DNA of 64,000 bases from NCBI GenBank assembly GCA_033764015.1, contig JANRJK010000055.1, forward strand, positions 32,001 to 96,000, given 5' to 3'. The position numbers and the translations under genes were made by a program. The DNA is from Candidatus Sumerlaeia bacterium. GTDB taxonomy: Bacteria; Sumerlaeota; Sumerlaeia; SLMS01; JANRJK01. The notes beneath the pieces were generated by a model, which was not told where the DNA came from, made no database searches, and worked only from the letters and a program-made list of their open reading frames with translations. This document shows, piece by piece, positions 61,192 through 64,000 of the stretch (positions are counted from its first letter, which is position 1; each line of letters begins with the position of its first letter).

Positions 61192-61646
61192 CTATACCGG
61201 CAAGGCGCTGACGAACTCGGCGAGGTCAGCGGGCCTCTTCCTTTTGAGCGCGGTGACGTCAATCAACGGGCGTCGTCGAGCATCCTCATGGGCTCGCGAG
61301 ACTCAAGCCGCTCCTAGTGAAGGCGGAATCAAAGTCCCGTAACCGACTGCTCGTTACTCTCGAAAGAACTTTGGCGTCACCCTCAAACCACACCGTGCAG
61401 CGAGGTTATCCTGTGCTGGCCGTCGTGCAGCCGCTTGAATTCACATCGGGCCAGCGGACCGTCGCCTGATCGCGTCGTAGTATTCGACTCGGTCGCCCAA
61501 ACGAGAAGACCTCTTACGGGATGCAGACGGTGACGCGAGTCGAACAGTTTTCGCACCTAGTCCCGGGTCTCTTCGGAGCCGCGCTGGAAATCGGGCGGCG
61601 CCAGGTGGCCGCTGTGGATGTAGTGGAGGATGGTGGACATCTTCAC
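61192..61646 (-). pseudogene. Decayed DUF262 (GmrS/ParB-like) gene, GmrSD-type restriction enzyme remnant
   Basis: Hand translation: VKMSTILHYIHSGHLAPPDFQRG...RD*VRKLFDS...HPVRGLLVW...LHDGQHRITSLHGVV*; the P.FQR and DGQ.R.T motifs survive among several stops and a frameshift. Confidence 0.85.
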
Positions 61647-62701
61647 TCATCATCCTCCAGGCCGCCATTTCGCCTCAGTACTTCATTCAGCCCATCGAAC
61701 ACGAGGTTCCCTTCATCGTCCTTTGCGTGCGTTACCACCTTGATCCCGATTTTTCTTAGGACCTTCAGCGTCTCCGGCTTCGCGCCGGTTGGCGCGACAA
61801 GGACGCGCACAGGATCGAACTCTTGACGGGCTCCGTGAAAGATGAGCTGGCCGATGGCCGTGTAGGAATCTTGAGTGTCGTTGGACCTCTTCACCTCGAA
61901 GAGTATCTTCGCGTCCCTCCCTCTTGCTGGGATGTAGAGGTCCCGTGGATCGTCATTCGCGACCATATGGCCCTGGCGTTCTAGTTCGGCCTTAAGGGCC
62001 TTGACGATCTTCGCATGATCATGGCGGATCACGAGATTCTTCGCTTTCCGGTGGAAGCTGCTGTCGCCCTCGAACTCTGGGGAGAAGTTCGGTGCCTGCG
62101 ATGTGCTAGTCGTCCTTGCGCGTTGCGGGACCCTGAAAAGCCTAAGCCCAGCGCCCGACTTGATGGCGTGGACAGTCCTAACGAGTGCGGCGAGTCGTTC
62201 CGCGAAGCCCACCTCGTTTAAGGCGCCGATCAGGATGACTTGTTCAGTGTCGTTCTTCTTCCTTGCCCAGTCGATCGTTACTAGATGTGGGCTCCACTGC
62301 TGCGCTTCCGAGACGATGGGCACGGTGGTTCCCTTTCCCTTGTTCGCCGTCGGTTTTCTCCCGACGTAGAAAGTCCCGTGATCGTCCGTGAAGTATCGTC
62401 CGTGTATCTGCCTCGATGGTTCCTTCTTGTAGACGTTCACTTCGAGGACGATATCCACTACTTTGTGTGGCTGCGGTTCGCCCTCTCCAAAGAGGGCGAA
62501 CCAGTCACCCTTGGAGCCCTGACGCCAGTCCTCACCGAAGGCAGTCCAGATCTTTAGATCAGCATGCCAGCGAACCTCGGGGACGGGAGAGCCATAGGGA
62601 CGAACCCCCGTGATCGCTACACCGCGCGAGGCGAACACACCCCTGAAAGCCTTGAAGCAATTCTTGATCTGCTTTGGGTCGGTGAGGGGCCGGTAAGTCA
62701 T
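61643..62701 (-). CDS. Putative PD-(D/E)xK restriction-like nuclease with an uncharacterised N-terminal domain
   Basis: C-terminal H..IV.AL...L, RDLYI, ILFEVK, YTAIGQL; ATG 62701 with AAAGGA upstream; atypical codon usage. Confidence 0.78.
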   Translation of the reverse strand: MTYRPLTDPKQIKNCFKAFRGVFASRGVAITGVRPYGSPVPEVRWHADLKIWTAFGEDWRQGSKGDWFALFGEGEPQPHKVVDIVLEVNVYKKEPSRQIHGRYFTDDHGTFYVGRKPTANKGKGTTVPIVSEAQQWSPHLVTIDWARKKNDTEQVILIGALNEVGFAERLAALVRTVHAIKSGAGLRLFRVPQRARTTSTSQAPNFSPEFEGDSSFHRKAKNLVIRHDHAKIVKALKAELERQGHMVANDDPRDLYIPARGRDAKILFEVKRSNDTQDSYTAIGQLIFHGARQEFDPVRVLVAPTGAKPETLKVLRKIGIKVVTHAKDDEGNLVFDGLNEVLRRNGGLEDDE

Positions 62702-62703
62702 AT

Positions 62704-62847
62704 CTATGATCCTTTGGCGAGCGTCTGAAACGAGATGGCCAAGTGGCGGAATTCGGCCAAGATGGGGCGATACGGCAACGCGCGGGTATCGCGACGGAAG
62801 ACATACGAGACGACGTTCGTGTCGACGACGGCCAAGGCCCGTGTCAC
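62704..62847 (-). pseudogene. Truncated PIN-domain (VapC) toxin
   Basis: Hand translation: VTRALAVVDTNVVSYVFRRDTRALPYRPILAEFRHLAISFQTLAKGS*; DTNV motif; GTGA overlap with the upstream gene; only 47 codons. Confidence 0.85.
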
Positions 62848-63050
62848 CGGCGAGCCTTGCCGCGGAGGGAGTTGAGGAACTCGTCAACGTCGTCTTCGCC
62901 TTCCCTCCAGTCGTCCGGGACCCGGGCCAACAAATCCTCCAAGGAGAACTTGGGCAGTCTCCGCCTGCCGGATAGCTCGACGGCTCTCCGCAGGATTTTC
63001 TCCTCGCGCTCTCTCTCCTGCACCGTCGGCGTGGGCAGCACCTGTTCCAT
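62844..63050 (-). CDS. Putative antitoxin (VapB position)
   Basis: 68 aa with acidic C-terminus DDVDEFL..LR, AGGAGG RBS, coupled to the PIN fragment. Confidence 0.7.
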   Translation of the reverse strand: MEQVLPTPTVQEREREEKILRRAVELSGRRRLPKFSLEDLLARVPDDWREGEDDVDEFLNSLRGKARR

Positions 63051-63077
63051 CGGTTACGACCTCCTGCTACCCCGAGA

Positions 63078-63104
63078 CTTGCAGGCCCGACGCCGCCCTG
63101 CAAG
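63078..63104. promoter_or_regulatory. Inverted repeat upstream of the antitoxin, possible autoregulatory operator
   Basis: CTTGCAGG-N11-CCTGCAAG. Confidence 0.4.
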
Positions 63105-63163
63105 CGCGTTCCGCGCGCCCACGCCTGCGCCATCAGGCGCCTGCTCGCTACGCCCGCCCCCCG

Positions 63164-64000
63164 TCAACGCCCCCGCCCCGCCGGCAGCCTGAGCACGAAC
63201 GCCGCGCCGCCGAGGGGGGACTCGCGGAGTTCCAGCGTGCCGCCGAGGTCGTCGGCGATTTTGCGGCAGATGTAGAGGCCGAGGCCCGAGCCGCCCTTGT
63301 CGTGGCGCGTGGTTTGGAATGCGTCGAAGAGCGTCGCGCGGAGCGCTTCCGGCACGCCGGGGCCGTCGTCCTCGACCGCGAGGCGGAGCGCGCCGTCCTC
63401 CGCGGCGATGGCGACGCGGACGCGGCCGCGACCCTCCATCGCCTGGTAGGCGTTGAGCAGCAGGTTGCCGACGAGCTGCACCAGGCGGTGCGCCGGGGCG
63501 AAGACGAGCGGCGACTCCTCCGGCGCGGCGATCTCGACCGCGGTGTCGCGCTGCTCGTACTTCACCAGGCGGCGCGCGCGTTCCACGCAGTCGCGCAGAT
63601 CGCACCATTCGGCCTCGTCGCCGCGCGCGCGGGCGAAGTCCTCCACCCCGAGGTCGCGCAGGATGCTGACGAAGAGGTCCGCCTGGCGCTGCACGTCCCG
63701 GAGCCACTCCGCGTCCGGCGCCACGATGCCGTCGAGCGCGTCCTGCGCCTCGTGGCGGATGTTGAGCACGGGCTTTCGCAGGTCGTGGAAGATGTTGGCG
63801 GAGAGCTGGCCCACGAGCGCGAGCCGTTCGAGGCGGACCACCTCGGCGCGGCGGGCCTCGAGTTCCGACTCGGTGAGCAGGAGCTGGCGCTCCTTGCCGC
63901 GCTGGCGCTGCGCGAGCACCGCGAGGCCCCCCGCGAGCGTCAGCAGCAGCAGCGCGATCACCGCGTCCACCGCGAGCGGCCCGGAGCGGTCCACGCGGAT
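63164..64000 (-). CDS. Sensor histidine kinase, probably 5' partial
   Basis: H-box IFHDLRKP, N-box NLLLNA.QA, DDGPG, GSGLGL. Confidence 0.93.
   Translation of the reverse strand: MRVDRSGPLAVDAVIALLLLTLAGGLAVLAQRQRGKERQLLLTESELEARRAEVVRLERLALVGQLSANIFHDLRKPVLNIRHEAQDALDGIVAPDAEWLRDVQRQADLFVSILRDLGVEDFARARGDEAEWCDLRDCVERARRLVKYEQRDTAVEIAAPEESPLVFAPAHRLVQLVGNLLLNAYQAMEGRGRVRVAIAAEDGALRLAVEDDGPGVPEALRATLFDAFQTTRHDKGGSGLGLYICRKIADDLGGTLELRESPLGGAAFVLRLPAGRGR

Noticed and set aside
61643..63133. 496-aa version of the nuclease
   Set aside because: The upstream part overlaps the antitoxin and PIN fragment in other frames; ATG 62701 has its own RBS.
61077..63163. IS element, integron cassette or prophage explaining the AT-richer islet
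   Set aside because: No transposase or integrase, terminal inverted repeats, attC-like site or target duplication could be identified by eye.

Overview
High-GC bacterial chromosomal window; the lineage cannot be fixed from the sequence alone, but pilus-secretin, MlaE and Wzt genes indicate a diderm. Bases 1-19.5 kb hold a partial moeB/thiF gene and a complete tuf-S10-spc-secY-adk-map-infA-alpha ribosomal superoperon with no rpsL/rpsG/fusA in front of tuf. The rest is a patchwork of housekeeping and envelope genes: smpB, a divergent ClpP-like protease, holB, mntR, gspG, rpmG plus a metal ABC pair, queC, an old yellow enzyme, an ABC exporter pair, wzt/GT4/deacetylase, pilMNO(P)Q, sulP, ftsZ, ybaB-recR, mlaE, a TMTC-like GT-C, wecB, a PfkB-like kinase, an ATP-grasp ligase and a glutathione peroxidase. 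Most notable observations: (1) a ~590-aa protein after rplQ that looks like a full-length bacterial homologue of eukaryotic glucokinase regulatory protein (tandem MurQ/SIS repeats plus lid); (2) an AT-richer, decaying defence islet at 61.2-63.1 kb, partly missed by the ORF track, with an antitoxin-like gene, a truncated PIN/VapC toxin, an intact PD-(D/E)xK nuclease and a coupled DUF262/GmrS pseudogene; (3) a delta-prime whose zinc module is replaced by a disordered insert with three DLF motifs; (4) an EF-Tu with a non-canonical amino-acid pocket. No tRNA, rRNA, CRISPR array or transposase was recognised. All family assignments are from motif recognition by eye; no database search was run.
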